From an uncultured Phycisphaerales bacterium (GTDB lineage: Bacteria > Planctomycetota > Phycisphaerae > Tepidisphaerales > Tepidisphaeraceae), in assembly GCA_963755915.1 (NCBI GenBank), contig CAVWLP010000002.1:2496001-2560000 (forward strand): 64,000 nucleotides of DNA. Reading direction: 5' to 3'. Under the pieces are notes generated by a model, which did no database searches, was not told the origin of the DNA, and saw only the letters and a list, made by a program, of their open reading frames with translations. Of the stretch, positions 32,004 through 42,790 are shown in pieces. Numbering within the stretch: position 1 is the first letter of the stretch; each line of letters starts with the position of its first letter. The translations under genes were made by a program, and so were the position numbers.

Positions 32004-32214
32004 CTTCTGATTCCTCTTGTTCGCTTAAACATTATATCGTCGATTTAAAACGATGTGGCCGGAATTTGGACGAATTATGCTAGGGATTCCCATGCAGAAA
32101 AACGCCCCCGTGTTCGGGCTCGCCGGGTTCTCGGATGGTTTTTTCGCAGCCGAGGAAGCCGGCGAGAAGGCCGATTGTTGCGAGCAGTTGGAGCCAGCGG
32201 CGCATGGGGGGAAT

Positions 32215-33468
32215 TTAGCGAATTGACATGGCGTTTACCACAGCGTCGCAGAATTGGCCGCAGAGAAGGGACTGGCTGAGGGTTTCGTTGAGGACTTTGG
32301 CGGCGGTTTGGCCCATGGTGGAAAGCTCGTCTTGGGGAAGTTGGCGGAGGCGATGGATGGCGGCGATGGCGGCGGGGACGTCGTCGTGGGAAATCTGGAT
32401 GCCGATGTTGTGCTTGTCGAGGAGGTCGGCGATGTGGGAGGGGCGCGGGCCGAGGAAGAGGACGGGGCGGGCGACGGCCATGGCGCCGTAGATTTTGCAG
32501 GGGTGGACGATGCCGACCATCTCCGGGCCGAGGGAGACGATGTGAACGTCCGCCGCCGATAGGGAGTATTTGAGCTGGTCGAGGGGCTGGTAGGGGAGGG
32601 AGATGGCGTTGGTGAGCGTGTGATCGGCAATGTATTGCTCGACCTGTTTTTTTCCGCTGCCGCCGCCGACGAAGAGGAAACGTAGCTCGGGGTCGTCTTT
32701 TAATTGGACGACGGCGTCGAGGAGCGTCGTGAGGGGGTTGCTGGGGCTGTGGTTGCCGCTGTACATGATGACGAATTTGCCGTTGAGATTGTGGCGGGTG
32801 CGGAAGGGGTTTTCGGCGGGGGCGTCGGGTTCGGATTGGATGTGAGTTTCGTGTGGCCAGGGGGGGAGGACGAGGATTTTCGATTCGGGGATGCCGCGGG
32901 CGGTTAGGCGCTGGAGCATGAAACGGTCGAGGGCGATGATCAGGACGCTGCGATTTAAGATGAAGCGGTTGACGGCTTCGAGGAATTTGGCGGTGAATTG
33001 GGTGGGTTGGAGTTTGCCGAGGGCGATGAGCTGATCGGGGTTGAGGTCCATGGCCCAGTAGACGGCGGGCACTCGGCGGAGGAAGGCGGCGATGGTCATC
33101 GGCAGGCCGATGAGGGGGGGACTTGTGCTGAAGAAGATGCCGGCGATGCGCGGGGTGAAGAGGACGGCGAAGAAGGCCTGGATCATGAAGGCGGCGGTGC
33201 CGAGGATGCGGAGGAGCATCGATTTTTTGCCGAAGGAGGCGAAGGGTATTCGGCGGATGTCGACGCCGTGGAGGGTTTCGCGTTTGGGGTAGACGATTTT
33301 GGGGTTTTCGAAGCCGCGGGCGGAGCAATAGACGCGGACGTTGAAATTGCCGGAGGCGTGGCCGCGACGGGCGAGCTCGATGGCGACGTCAGCGACGTGC
33401 TGACCGACGCTGGCGGGGTCGGGGACGAAGGTCTGGGAGACGATGAGGACGGTTTTGGGTCGGGGCAT
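32215..33468 (-). CDS. Glycosyltransferase family 4 (WcaI/WbuB-like)
   Basis: SQTFVPD, MDLNPD, MYSGN, LPYQP and PCKIYGAMA motifs. Confidence 0.88.
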   Translation of the reverse strand: MPRPKTVLIVSQTFVPDPASVGQHVADVAIELARRGHASGNFNVRVYCSARGFENPKIVYPKRETLHGVDIRRIPFASFGKKSMLLRILGTAAFMIQAFFAVLFTPRIAGIFFSTSPPLIGLPMTIAAFLRRVPAVYWAMDLNPDQLIALGKLQPTQFTAKFLEAVNRFILNRSVLIIALDRFMLQRLTARGIPESKILVLPPWPHETHIQSEPDAPAENPFRTRHNLNGKFVIMYSGNHSPSNPLTTLLDAVVQLKDDPELRFLFVGGGSGKKQVEQYIADHTLTNAISLPYQPLDQLKYSLSAADVHIVSLGPEMVGIVHPCKIYGAMAVARPVLFLGPRPSHIADLLDKHNIGIQISHDDVPAAIAAIHRLRQLPQDELSTMGQTAAKVLNETLSQSLLCGQFCDAVVNAMSIR

Positions 33469-33487
33469 GGGAGGACAGATTCAGCGG

Positions 33488-33604
33488 GAAATCCGAATTC
33501 CGAAACCAGAATTCCGAATCAAATCCGAATGACGAAATCCGAATGGGCTGTCGTTGATTCGGATTTCAGATTTGAGATTTCAAATTTCAGATTTCTGATT
33601 TCAA
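33488..33604. repeat. Heptamer-periodic repeat (AATCCGA / ATTTCAG)
   Basis: Similar tract at 38268-38390. Confidence 0.7.
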
Positions 33605-33607
33605 AGC

Positions 33608-34591
33608 TTACCGCTTACTCGCGATCTGATCGTAAATCCAGCGGTAGGTCTTTTCCATCCCGACGCGCAAGCTTGGTATTCGGTTCCCAGCCCATGAGCT
33701 TTTTGATCAGGGTGTTGTCGCTGTTTCGGCCGTTGACGCCCTTGGGGGCTTTTAGATTGTAGGTTCGTTTGAGCTTGATGCCGGCGATGTCTTCGACGAT
33801 GTCGACTAGCTGGTTGATGGAGACCAGTTCGTTGCTGCCGAGGTTGATGGGCTCGATGATTTCGCTCCAGAGGAGGTCCTGGGTGCCTTTGAGGCAGTCG
33901 GCGATATACATGAAGGAGCGGGTCTGGTGGCCGTCGCCCCAGATTTCGATTTCGTGCTTGCCGGAGAGCTTGGCTTCGATGACTTTGCGGCAGATGGCGG
34001 CGGGGGCTTTTTCGCGGCCGCCGTCGTAGGTGCCGTGGGGGCCGTAGACGTTGTGATAGCGGGCGACGCGGGTGTTGAGGCCGAAGTCTTCGCGGAAATG
34101 GCGGCACATGCGTTCGCTGAAGAGTTTTTCCCAGCCGTAGCCGTCTTCGGGCTGGCCGGGGTAGGCGTCTTCTTCCTTGAGGGCGGTGACGTTGGGGTCG
34201 CGCTGCTTGTCGGCGTTGTAGACGCAGGCGCTGGAGGCGTAGAAGAAGCGCTCGATGCCGTACTCCTTGGCGGCCATGCAGAGGTGGGTGTTGATCAGGA
34301 CGCTGAGCATGCACAGGCGCGGTTGTTTTCGATGAAGCCCATGCCGCCCATGTCGGCGGCGAGGTTGTAGACGATGCGGGCGTCTTTGAGGGCTTTTTCG
34401 CAGGCTTCTTTGCCCTGGAGATCGAGCTGGAGGTTTTCGACGTTGGGGAAGCGCTGGTACCACTCACCTGTGGGCTTGATATCGACGGCGCGGAGGTTGG
34501 TGTGGCCTTTGGAGAGGAGGTCGCCGATGAGGTGACCACCGATAAAACCGCCTGCGCCGCAAACAACGACTTTGTCTTTTAGGTTGGGCAT
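33608..34591 (-). CDS. NAD-dependent epimerase, GDP-mannose 3',5'-epimerase-like, frameshifted
   Basis: GAGGFIG, NLAADMGGMGFI, YASSACVY, YGWEKL and GGREKAPAAICRK motifs. Confidence 0.85.
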
Positions 34592-34971
34592 AATCTCTCT
34601 CTGCATCGGAAAAAACGGGTACGGCCTATATTTGCCGAAAGGGATTTACGTTTAGTTTTACGGGTGGGTTTGAGGATATGCAATGATTATGAGACGGGCG
34701 TGTGGGGAGAATTTTTGGGGCGGGGGCATTGGGTACAAAAGGTAACAGTCCTCAACAATCTGGGTTATTTAGGTTGATTGGGTAAGTAAATTCCACGGAT
34801 TTTTCGTGTCGCAAATCAGGTAGGCCAATGCGCATACGGGACTACGGCTTCCCGCAATTTCTGAAGCAAAAAATGGGCTTAGTGTCGGACTGTGCCAGTA
34901 TTGCCGGTTTATTTTGAACATTGATGTCGGGTAATTACAATGGCGTTCACGAGCGAAAAAAGGAGGGAATT

Positions 34972-36114
34972 GTGATACGTGCAAATGGATTGTCGAATGG
35001 GCATTTTTCCCGCTTGTTGCTGGCAATTGGCTCGTCGGTAGCGGTCTTGCTCGCCGCGCTTCCCGTCAGTGGCGGCTCCGTGCAATACACGGTTACAGAC
35101 TTGGGGGATCCGACAGGGACTGGAATGGATCCGGTCGCGATCAATATTGCCGGGCAGGTGGTCGGGAATTATGAACAATCTCAAAGCAGTAATACCGTTG
35201 CTTTTACGTGGGACTTGGTGCATGGCTTGCAAGTGATTGATTCTTCGCTCAGTTCGAAGGCGAATGGGGTCAACAGTTCGGGGACAGTTGTGGGGTGGGA
35301 CAGCAACAATGGTTCTTTCGAGTGGACCGCGCAAGGCGGGCTGACCTATTTCCAAAATTTCTTCGGGGAGGAGAACGCCGCCTGGGGTATCAATAACTCT
35401 GGAACCATTTGCGGAACGTCCTATCCCAACACCAACGAAGGGTACACGTACAGCAAAACGGGAGGTTTTACGGCGCTGGGATTTCTGGGCACGGGGACGG
35501 CTGACACGGGCATGGCGATCAACAATGTTGGGCAGGTTGCGGGGGTGGCTCTGGCAGGGAACGTGGAAGCCGGGCTTTGGACTCCGGGATCGGGGTGGAG
35601 GGATCTTGGGCAGATTTCTTCGGGGGGGACGGTGAGCGGGATCAATGACAGCGCGGAGGTTGTGGGGTCGATGTTCGTCAATAATTTTAACGGTGAAGCG
35701 CCGTATGAGTGGACTGCGAGCACCGGTCTGACGCCACTGGCGACGTTTAAGGGGGAGGGGGACAATGCGGCGATCGGAATCAACAACAGCGGGGTGATTG
35801 TGGGGTATTCGTATTTCGGGGGGGTTGGTTCAGATAACTACGATCATGCGGCAATGTGGACGGGGGGGCAGTTGGTGGATCTCAATTCGCTGATCGACCC
35901 GAGTTCGGGGTGGCTGCTGACTACCGCGACGGCAATTAACGAGGGAGGGGAGATCGTTGGATCGGGGAATGGGGAACCGAGCGGGTTTTTGCTCACGCCC
36001 GTGGTCCCTGAGCCGGGGACAGCGGCGATTGTGGGGATCGGTGTGATGATGCTTTTGCGGCGGCGGGCGCGTGGGAGAGTTGAGCAGCGGAGGGTAGAAA
36101 GCAGAACAGAATAA
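34972..36114 (+). CDS. PEP-CTERM protein with HAF-type extracellular repeats
   Basis: YTVTDLG, repeated AxxINxxGxVVG, DLNSLIDPSSGW and VPEPGT. Confidence 0.9.
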   Translation: MIRANGLSNGHFSRLLLAIGSSVAVLLAALPVSGGSVQYTVTDLGDPTGTGMDPVAINIAGQVVGNYEQSQSSNTVAFTWDLVHGLQVIDSSLSSKANGVNSSGTVVGWDSNNGSFEWTAQGGLTYFQNFFGEENAAWGINNSGTICGTSYPNTNEGYTYSKTGGFTALGFLGTGTADTGMAINNVGQVAGVALAGNVEAGLWTPGSGWRDLGQISSGGTVSGINDSAEVVGSMFVNNFNGEAPYEWTASTGLTPLATFKGEGDNAAIGINNSGVIVGYSYFGGVGSDNYDHAAMWTGGQLVDLNSLIDPSSGWLLTTATAINEGGEIVGSGNGEPSGFLLTPVVPEPGTAAIVGIGVMMLLRRRARGRVEQRRVESRTE

Positions 36115-36184
36115 ATGGTCACGCGGAGAGGGGGGAGTTACGGGGGTTGGGGCGAAAAACGAACACGGCGAACAAGCTCGCCGG

Positions 36185-37159
36185 CTACACGGGGGTGGGG
36201 GAATAGTCGCGTTCCGTTAGCTTGTCGCGGTGGGATTCGAACCAGTCGATGGTCTTTTTTAGACCGGCTTCCAACGTGGTTTTGGCGGTGAAGCCTATGG
36301 TGTCTTTGGCGCGGGTGACGTCCAGGCATCTTCTTGGCTGGCCATCGGGTTTGGTAGGGTCCCAGATGATTTGGCCTTCGAAGCGGCTTAGTTTGGCGAC
36401 GAGTTCTGTGAGGTCCTTGATCGTTATTTCGCGGCCGCTGCCCAGGTTCATGGGTTCTGGGGAATCGTATTTTTCGAGGGCTAAGACGATTCCTTCGGCG
36501 CAGTCTTCTACGTAGAGGAATTCGCGGCTCACTTTTCCCGTGCCCCAGGCGGTGATGCTCTTGGCGCCGGCGAGACGGGCTTCCACGCATTTTCTTATCA
36601 GAGCGGGAATGACGTGGCTGGAGTGGGGGTGGAAATTGTCGGCGGGGCCAAAGAGGTTGACCGGTAAGAGATAAATCGCGTTGAGGTTGTATTGCTGGCG
36701 GTAGGATTGTGCCATCACGAGGAGGGCTTTTTTGGCTACGCCGTAGGGGGCGTTGGTTTCTTCGGGGTAGCCGTTCCAGAGGTCGGCTTCTTTGAAGGGG
36801 ACGGGGGTGAATTTTGGGTAGGCGCAGATGCTGCCGATCTGGACGAATTTTTTGATCTTGTTGATTCTCGCCTGCTCGATGAGATGCATGCCCATGGCGA
36901 GGTTGGCGAAGAAGAAGCGGCCGGGGTTGTCGCGGTTGGCGCCGATGCCGCCGACTTCGGCGGCGAGATGGAGAACCACGTCGGGCTTTTGCTCGCGGTA
37001 GAGGCGCTGGACTTCGGATTCGTGCGTCAGTTCGAAATCTTTTCGGCGGGGGATGAAGATGTTTTTGAAGCCTTTGGTCTTGAGGATGTCGACGACGAAA
37101 GCGCCGACGAAACCGGCGCCGCCGGTGATGACGATTTTGTTGTTCGGGGAGAGGCTCAT
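36185..37159 (-). CDS. fcl: GDP-L-fucose synthase
   Basis: [32 protein letters not shown] and PDGQPRR motifs. Confidence 0.93.
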   Translation of the reverse strand: MSLSPNNKIVITGGAGFVGAFVVDILKTKGFKNIFIPRRKDFELTHESEVQRLYREQKPDVVLHLAAEVGGIGANRDNPGRFFFANLAMGMHLIEQARINKIKKFVQIGSICAYPKFTPVPFKEADLWNGYPEETNAPYGVAKKALLVMAQSYRQQYNLNAIYLLPVNLFGPADNFHPHSSHVIPALIRKCVEARLAGAKSITAWGTGKVSREFLYVEDCAEGIVLALEKYDSPEPMNLGSGREITIKDLTELVAKLSRFEGQIIWDPTKPDGQPRRCLDVTRAKDTIGFTAKTTLEAGLKKTIDWFESHRDKLTERDYSPTPV

Positions 37160-38181
37160 TTCTGTCCCTGGTCTTTGAGGAGCCGCTCGCGCTGGGCGAG
37201 TTTCATGTCGGCGTCGACCATCATTTTAGCAAGCTGTTTGAAGGTAATCTTTGGGGTCCAGCCGAGGACTTTTTTGGCTTTGGAGGCGTCGCCGAGGAGG
37301 AGGTCGACCTCGGCGGGGCGGAAATAGCGGGGGTCGACTTCTACATATTTTTGCCAGTCGAGATTGAGGCAGGCGAAGACTTCGTCGAGGAATTCGCGGA
37401 CGGAGTGGGTTTCGCCGGTGGCGATGACGAAGTCATCCGCGGCGGGGAGCTGGAGCATTAGCCACATGGCTTCGACGTAGTCGCCGGCAAAGCCCCAGTC
37501 GCGCTTGGCGTCGAGATTTCCCAGGTAGAGTTTTTTCTGGAGGCCTTCCTTGATGCGGGTTGCGGCGCGGGTGATTTTGCGGGTGACGAAGGTTTCGCCG
37601 CGGCGGGGGCTTTCGTGGTTGAAGAGGATGCCGTTGCAGGCATACATGCCGTAGCTTTCGCGGTAGTTGACGGTTTGCCAGTAGCTATAGACTTTTGCGC
37701 AGGCGTAGGGGCTGCGGGGATAGAAGGGGGTTTTTTCGGTTTGGGGGGTTTCGACGACTTTGCCGTACATTTCGGTGCTGGAGGCCTGGTAGAAGCGGAT
37801 GGGGAGTCCGGTGTCGCGGATGGCTTCGAGGAAATTCATGGTTCCGAGGGCGTCGACGGCCACGGTATAAACGGGCTGGTCGAAACTGACGCGGACGTGG
37901 GACTGGGCGCCGAGATTAAAGATTTCGTCCGGCTTGACTCTCGTGAGGATTTCGCGGAGGCCGGTGCCGTCGACGAGATCGCCGTAGTGGAGGAAGAGAC
38001 GGGCGTTGGGGTCGTGGCGATCGCGATAGAGGTGCTCGATGCGATCGGTGTTGAAGGAGGAGCTGCGGCGGACGATGCCGTGGACGTCGTAGCCTTTGGC
38101 GAGGAGGAATTCGGCGAGGTAGGAGCCGTCCTGGCCGGTGATTCCGGTGATGAGGGCTGTCTTGCCGGTGGGGGATTGCAT
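37156..38181 (-). CDS. gmd: GDP-mannose 4,6-dehydratase
   Basis: [24 protein letters not shown] and [16 protein letters not shown] motifs. Confidence 0.97.
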   Translation of the reverse strand: MQSPTGKTALITGITGQDGSYLAEFLLAKGYDVHGIVRRSSSFNTDRIEHLYRDRHDPNARLFLHYGDLVDGTGLREILTRVKPDEIFNLGAQSHVRVSFDQPVYTVAVDALGTMNFLEAIRDTGLPIRFYQASSTEMYGKVVETPQTEKTPFYPRSPYACAKVYSYWQTVNYRESYGMYACNGILFNHESPRRGETFVTRKITRAATRIKEGLQKKLYLGNLDAKRDWGFAGDYVEAMWLMLQLPAADDFVIATGETHSVREFLDEVFACLNLDWQKYVEVDPRYFRPAEVDLLLGDASKAKKVLGWTPKITFKQLAKMMVDADMKLAQRERLLKDQGQK

Positions 38182-38289
38182 GAGTATGCTCCGAAACGAG
38201 GGGTGGAAGTTAATGGGATTTGATTAGGGATGCAAATGGACTGGTTTGGATCGAGATTTGGGTCGGGAAATCCGAAATCCGAAACCAGA

Positions 38290-38766
38290 ATGACGAATCA
38301 AATCCGAAACCAGAATGACGAACGGTCGAGGCATTCGGGTTTCGGTCATTCGGGTTTGATTCTGGTTTCTGGTTTCGGGCTTCTGGTTTTGTTCGCGGAT
38401 GCCCGCGCTCAGTCCGTTTCCCCGACCCCATTCTATTACGCCAGCGGTACGCCGTATGATGCGCAGGATAAGACGCTGATCGTGGGGGCGAATCAGAGTT
38501 TGGGGCAGGCGGTGGTTTCTGGGGATCGGAAGCGTGTGACGCTGGATTTGGATACGGGGCTGCTGGGGTCGGCGGGGGTGGCGGGGTTTACTTATCAGCG
38601 AGGGGGGAGGGGGTTTGTGGGGAGCGCGGCCGCGGCGCCGGCGGCTTCACCGGGCGCGGGGAACGGGTTGATGCCTACGATAAAGACGTCGCCTTCGGAT
38701 ATTGAGCCGGATCTTTCGGTCCTCGATAAGCCAGGGATGGTTTTGATTGCTCCTTTGGGAAGATAA
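38290..38766 (+). CDS. Secreted hypothetical protein (start uncertain)
   Basis: Hydrophobic stretch and ADARAQ cleavage-like site; stop 2 bp before the AsmA-like gene. Confidence 0.55.
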   Translation: MTNQIRNQNDERSRHSGFGHSGLILVSGFGLLVLFADARAQSVSPTPFYYASGTPYDAQDKTLIVGANQSLGQAVVSGDRKRVTLDLDTGLLGSAGVAGFTYQRGGRGFVGSAAAAPAASPGAGNGLMPTIKTSPSDIEPDLSVLDKPGMVLIAPLGR

Positions 38767-38768
38767 AG

Positions 38769-41700
38769 ATGACAACGAATAATTCTGATGCGGCTGGACC
38801 CGATTCCAGGGGGGCGGGGGAGAATCCTCCGGGAAAGTCGCCCGCGCCTCCGAAGAAGAAGCGGCGGTGGATTCTCAAGTCGGTGGTGGGGATGGTGGTT
38901 TTGATTTTGCTGCTGGTCTTGTTGGCGCCGACGATTGTCAGCACGGGAGTCGTGCGCGATATTGTCGTGGGGAAGATCAATGGCAGCGCGATCAATGGGA
39001 AGCTGGGGATCAAAGACTGGTCGTTTGGATGGACGAGCGGGATTCGGATCGAGGGGGTGACGCTGGATGATGCGAATAATGAGCACCTGCTCTCGGTGGC
39101 GGAAATCAGTACGCCTCTTTCGCTGATCAAGGCGGCGAGCGGAAATCTGGACGTGGGGGATTTGACGGTGAAGGGTGTCGATTTTAATGCGAAGATCGAT
39201 TCATCGGGGCAGTTGAATATTGCGGGGGCGATTAAATCCAGCGGAAGCAGCAGTGCGCCTTCGAGTGGTGGGCCGTCGAAGCTGCCGAATGTGAAGGGGA
39301 CGATTCATCTGGAGAATGTGACGGGGACGTTTGAGGATGATCCGCAGCATGTGACGGTGAGTTTTCCGGGGAGTCAGCCGTTGAATGTGACGGTGGCGAT
39401 TAAGGATATCAATCAGCCCATTGAGGAGACGATTGATGCGGGGGTGCAGGTGAATCAGAGGCCGTTCGTGGTGCTCAAGGCGAGCGGGTCGGTGGCGGCG
39501 GTGCAGAATAATCTCGTGGATGTGAGCAAACTTTCGGGGACGCAGACGATTGAGCTTTCGCAGGGGGATTTGAGCGCGGTTTCGGACACGCTGAAGGCGA
39601 TGGGATTGGGTCTGGATGTGACGGGGAGTTTGAACGGGAAGATTACCGCGACGATCAATGGGCCGAGCAATATTTCGGCGGATGGGGATATTGCGCTGGC
39701 AGGAGCTTCGATGGGGGGGAAGCAGTGGTCGGGGGATACGATTGTGTATCAGAGCGTTCATGTTGGGCTGAAGGCGGCGGTGGGGCAGAGGATTGTGGCG
39801 GATGTGCCGATTACGCTTCAGCCGAGTGGGGCGGGAGCGCCGGATCAGGTGGCGGTGCATGCGGATATTGGGCAGGATTCGGTTTCGGGGCTGGGGGCGG
39901 TGGCGGCGTCGATCGCGCAGCAATTGGGGGGCTCGAACAAGGCGCCGGCGGCGACGATTCCGGGGTCGGGGCAAATCAATATCACGGCATACTGGAACGT
40001 GGCGGGGCTGGTAAGCCAGGCGCCGCACCTTTTCCAATTGCAGCAGGGGACAACGCTGACGAGCGGCGACCTGAGGCATGAGACGACGGTGACGGTGGCG
40101 GATGGGAAGGCGGTGATCGCGACGGCGACGTCGCTGAAGAATTTCGCGGGGACGAGCGGGGGGACGCCGCTGAAGCTGGATAATGTCGATGCGGATGCGG
40201 GGGTGACGGCGGTGGGGGGAGATCATCCGCAGCTTGCGGATATCAATGTGAAGCTGGACAGCGATTTTGCGAAGATTACCGGGGGCGGGGCGGACTTGAC
40301 CAAGACAACGATCCAGGGGAGCAGCGATCTGGCGACGATTCAGCAGAAATATGGGCAGTTGTTAAATTTCGATTCGATGTTCGGTGCGCCGGCGGGGAAG
40401 CATGTTTCGCTGGCAGGGGCGATTGGGTTTAACGCCTTCAGCAATGGGGATGTGACAGGAGGGGGGAATTTTGCGCTGGGAGGAAATTTTAGTCTGACGA
40501 ATTTGAATATTGCGGTGCCGGGCGGGCCCGCGCCGGCAGCGGCGTCGATTTTGCCGCTGACGAGTTCGCAGATTGGGGCGAAGTTTGAGCTGGATCGCGG
40601 GCAGGATGGGAGCAAGGTTTCGGCGAATGCATCCGTCGCTTCGCTGACGGTGGGAGAGGCCCTGAAGAATGAGGCAATCAACGCGACGGCGTCGGCGAAT
40701 CTGGCGCCGGATTTGTCGGCGGCGAGTGATTTGAACGTGAATGTGGATACGAGCTTTGCGAGGAAGATCAGCATTACGAGCAATCAGATCGTGCTGAAGA
40801 CGGCGCAGGGGTCGCAGTCGATTGATCTGGACCTCGAGGATTTGAATCTCGCGAAGATCGACGCGATTGCGAACCTGCTGTTCAACCAGGCGGCCGCCCC
40901 GGTGGCGGGGGAGACGACGGTTGTTGTCGTGCCGCCGCCGACGGTGACGAATGGGACGGCGACGGTGAAGGCCAGTGTATTGCAGAGTGGCGGGACGACG
41001 ACGGCCAATGTAACCAGCGTCATCGTGCATGGGCTGGTGATCAAAAATGGGGCGAATGTCTGCACCTGGCCGAATGACATCAAGGCGCAATTGGCGGCGC
41101 AAATTGGGGCGTCGGCGGCGTCGGTGACGGCGCTGAACGTGGACACGGGGATTGGGACGACGATTGGGCTTTCCGGGCAGACGCCGATCACGGCGACGGG
41201 GCTGAATGATCCGGCGAATATGGCGGTGAAGGGCGGGGTGACGATTGATGGGGAACTTGCGCCGGCGATGCGCGTGGCGGAAGTTTTTGGGGGAGCGGCG
41301 GTGAATGCGTATCCATACCAGGGGCATCTGCATGTGGATGAGAATTTGGCGAAGGATTCATCCGGGCCGCGGCTGCATGTGACGGGGGGTGGGACGATTA
41401 ACAATTTTGTGGTGCTGGGCAGCAGCGGGCAGGCGGGGTCGGCGATGCAGCCGGTGTTTTCCGAGAAGACGGTTGTGATTCAGAATCCGCTGGATTTCGA
41501 TTTCAACACGTTTTCGCTGATTATCGATAAGGGCAGTCCGGTGGCGATTGCGCTGCAATCCACCGGCGCGGTGAGGGTGAAACTGAGCGGGACGATAAAT
41601 GATCTGGCGCTGAAGCGGCAGATCGCGGATGACAATCCGGTGATGCTGACGCTGGATTATGATCTGGCGAAGCTGTGGCCGATCGTTAAGCCGATGCTTT

Positions 41701-42674
41701 CGCCGAGTTCGCAGCAGACGTTTTCGGATTTGACGATCAGCGGGAAGCAGGAGCGGACGATTACGGTGAGCGGAAGCTGCCCGGGCGATATGCCGTTTGG
41801 GCAGGCGGTGACGCTGCTGAATGCGGGCGGGTATCTGACGGTGGATTCGCTTTCGACGCAGGGGATCTCGCTGAGCAATTGGGATGTGCCGTTTTTCCTT
41901 TCGAAGGGGATCTTGCGGACGGTTTATCCGGATAAGCCGGATGGAAGCAATGTGGCAGCGCCGGCGAGCTGCAATGGGGGGACGCTGGATCTGGGGGTGA
42001 TTACGGTCGATCTGCGGACGGATCCGATGCTGGCGTATATCTCCGGCGCGACGGCGGCGGGGCCGCATTACCTGCTGAAAAATGTGTCGATCAATCCGGC
42101 TGTTTCCAAGAGCATCCTTGGGAAAATTCTGAACAACCCCGCGTTTGTGGGGGCGAACAATGCGCAGGGGCTGCTCAGTATCTGGGTGCAATACGCGGAT
42201 CGGTTGCCGCTGAGCGATCTGATTTTGCAGAGTTCGCCGCAGAACAAGTCGGCGGCGGAGTTGCAGTATTCGGTGACGGGGTTGCAACTGGGCAGCACGC
42301 TGCTTTCGGCGTTTGGCAATCAGTCGGTTTCCGCGGACATCAACAATGCGGATGTGAAAATTGCCGCAGGAAGGGTGACGGAGGACACGACGCTGATGAT
42401 CGACGGCAACAAGCCGCTGCGGTTTGCGGGGGTGGTGGTGCTGGCGACGAAGCAGTTCGCGCCGATGACGGTTTATATTCCGCCGGAGCTCTTCTCCAGG
42501 GCGCTGCCGGCGAACGTGCGGCAGTTTGTGAGCGGGCCGGTCGTGGTGCCGCTGAAGGGGGATATGAATAATCCGAAGCTGGATCTTGGGTCGGCGATTG
42601 CGCAGACGATTAAGCAGGGGGGGCAGCAGCAGCTTATTAATGGGCTGCTGAATGGGTTGCAGAGGATACATTAG
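38769..42674 (+). CDS. Large AsmA/DUF748-like envelope protein
   Basis: 1301 aa; basic patch plus one TM, then LAPTIVST; beta-rich body; C-terminal VPLKGDMNNPKLD. Confidence 0.75.
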   Translation: MTTNNSDAAGPDSRGAGENPPGKSPAPPKKKRRWILKSVVGMVVLILLLVLLAPTIVSTGVVRDIVVGKINGSAINGKLGIKDWSFGWTSGIRIEGVTLDDANNEHLLSVAEISTPLSLIKAASGNLDVGDLTVKGVDFNAKIDSSGQLNIAGAIKSSGSSSAPSSGGPSKLPNVKGTIHLENVTGTFEDDPQHVTVSFPGSQPLNVTVAIKDINQPIEETIDAGVQVNQRPFVVLKASGSVAAVQNNLVDVSKLSGTQTIELSQGDLSAVSDTLKAMGLGLDVTGSLNGKITATINGPSNISADGDIALAGASMGGKQWSGDTIVYQSVHVGLKAAVGQRIVADVPITLQPSGAGAPDQVAVHADIGQDSVSGLGAVAASIAQQLGGSNKAPAATIPGSGQINITAYWNVAGLVSQAPHLFQLQQGTTLTSGDLRHETTVTVADGKAVIATATSLKNFAGTSGGTPLKLDNVDADAGVTAVGGDHPQLADINVKLDSDFAKITGGGADLTKTTIQGSSDLATIQQKYGQLLNFDSMFGAPAGKHVSLAGAIGFNAFSNGDVTGGGNFALGGNFSLTNLNIAVPGGPAPAAASILPLTSSQIGAKFELDRGQDGSKVSANASVASLTVGEALKNEAINATASANLAPDLSAASDLNVNVDTSFARKISITSNQIVLKTAQGSQSIDLDLEDLNLAKIDAIANLLFNQAAAPVAGETTVVVVPPPTVTNGTATVKASVLQSGGTTTANVTSVIVHGLVIKNGANVCTWPNDIKAQLAAQIGASAASVTALNVDTGIGTTIGLSGQTPITATGLNDPANMAVKGGVTIDGELAPAMRVAEVFGGAAVNAYPYQGHLHVDENLAKDSSGPRLHVTGGGTINNFVVLGSSGQAGSAMQPVFSEKTVVIQNPLDFDFNTFSLIIDKGSPVAIALQSTGAVRVKLSGTINDLALKRQIADDNPVMLTLDYDLAKLWPIVKPMLSPSSQQTFSDLTISGKQERTITVSGSCPGDMPFGQAVTLLNAGGYLTVDSLSTQGISLSNWDVPFFLSKGILRTVYPDKPDGSNVAAPASCNGGTLDLGVITVDLRTDPMLAYISGATAAGPHYLLKNVSINPAVSKSILGKILNNPAFVGANNAQGLLSIWVQYADRLPLSDLILQSSPQNKSAAELQYSVTGLQLGSTLLSAFGNQSVSADINNADVKIAAGRVTEDTTLMIDGNKPLRFAGVVVLATKQFAPMTVYIPPELFSRALPANVRQFVSGPVVVPLKGDMNNPKLDLGSAIAQTIKQGGQQQLINGLLNGLQRIH

Positions 42675-42790
42675 AGACGTGGTTTGCTGCAAAAAATCTT
42701 GGGAATTTTAGGGACAATTAAAGATGAGGTGAACCTTAACTCTAAGGATTATGTCCCTTTTAGTTCGTCCGGACAAAGGGTGTACCATCA

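Noticed and set aside
39201-42692. Long Arg/Pro-rich antisense ORFs (also opposite astB, GH95, GT4 and others)
   Set aside because: Shadow ORFs from high-GC codon bias opposite well-supported genes
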